This document shows positions 63,667 through 64,000 of a stretch of DNA of 64,000 nucleotides, in pieces (position 1 is the first letter of the stretch; the number at the start of each line of letters is the position of its first letter). The notes under the pieces were generated by a model that saw nothing but the letters and a program-made list of their open reading frames with translations, was not told where the DNA came from and did no database searches. Where the stretch lies: contig OX597814.1 of NCBI GenBank assembly GCA_951406725.2, positions 149,668,001 through 149,732,000 of the forward strand. Reading direction: 5' to 3'. The translations under genes and the position numbers were made by a program. Origin of the DNA: Octopus vulgaris (lineage: Eukaryota).

Positions 63667-64000
63667 AGTTAACAAGAATTGTATTGGCATTTATACATTT
63701 AGGCAGGTTTACAGGGGTGGTGGTGGGGGACTTTATGGGGGTAGGCATAGCGCAAAAATATCATACTTGGGGGGAGTGGTCAAGGAGTCAGTGGTAAATT
63801 AGATAAAAGAATAAATAAAAGAATAAAAAAATATATAGAAGAATAGAGTTTTAGGTAAATAAGGAGATTCTCACTTATACCTATACACATATGTATACAT
63901 ATATACACACACACACACACATATACATACACACATACATACACACACACACATATATATATACACATACATATACATACATATATCCACATATATATAT

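Overview
AT-rich, microsatellite- and SINE-dense animal genomic DNA. The SINE families and the strongly expanded, GC-rich rRNA genes point to a coleoid cephalopod, probably an octopus (inference). I cannot support any intact protein-coding gene. The long ORFs are shadows of GC-rich rDNA or simple repeats, and the real coding remnants are decayed transposons (mariner, HERO-like, RTE, R4/Dong-like, CR1/L2-like). The centrepiece is a single rDNA unit (15673-28385: spacer/5'ETS-18S-ITS1-5.8S-ITS2-28S-3'ETS) sitting in ordinary genomic DNA. It is bracketed by a ~270-bp direct duplication of the host site (15403-15672 / 28386-28656). Its 28S gene is interrupted exactly at the R2 target (TTAAGG^TAGCCAAA) by a 1766-bp non-coding element (24927-26692). 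That element carries a fully foldable HDV-like ribozyme that borrows its P1 strand from the upstream 28S sequence. It also has an internal ~110-bp structured tandem repeat and a highly structured 3' domain (H-type pseudoknot, two hairpins each enclosing 25 U, long-range stems). It looks like a non-autonomous, RNA-only parasite of R2. Elsewhere there is a ~1.1-kb near-perfect palindrome with hammerhead-like motifs and a well-formed type I hammerhead ribozyme (63616-63666, minus strand), both suggestive of Penelope-like elements.
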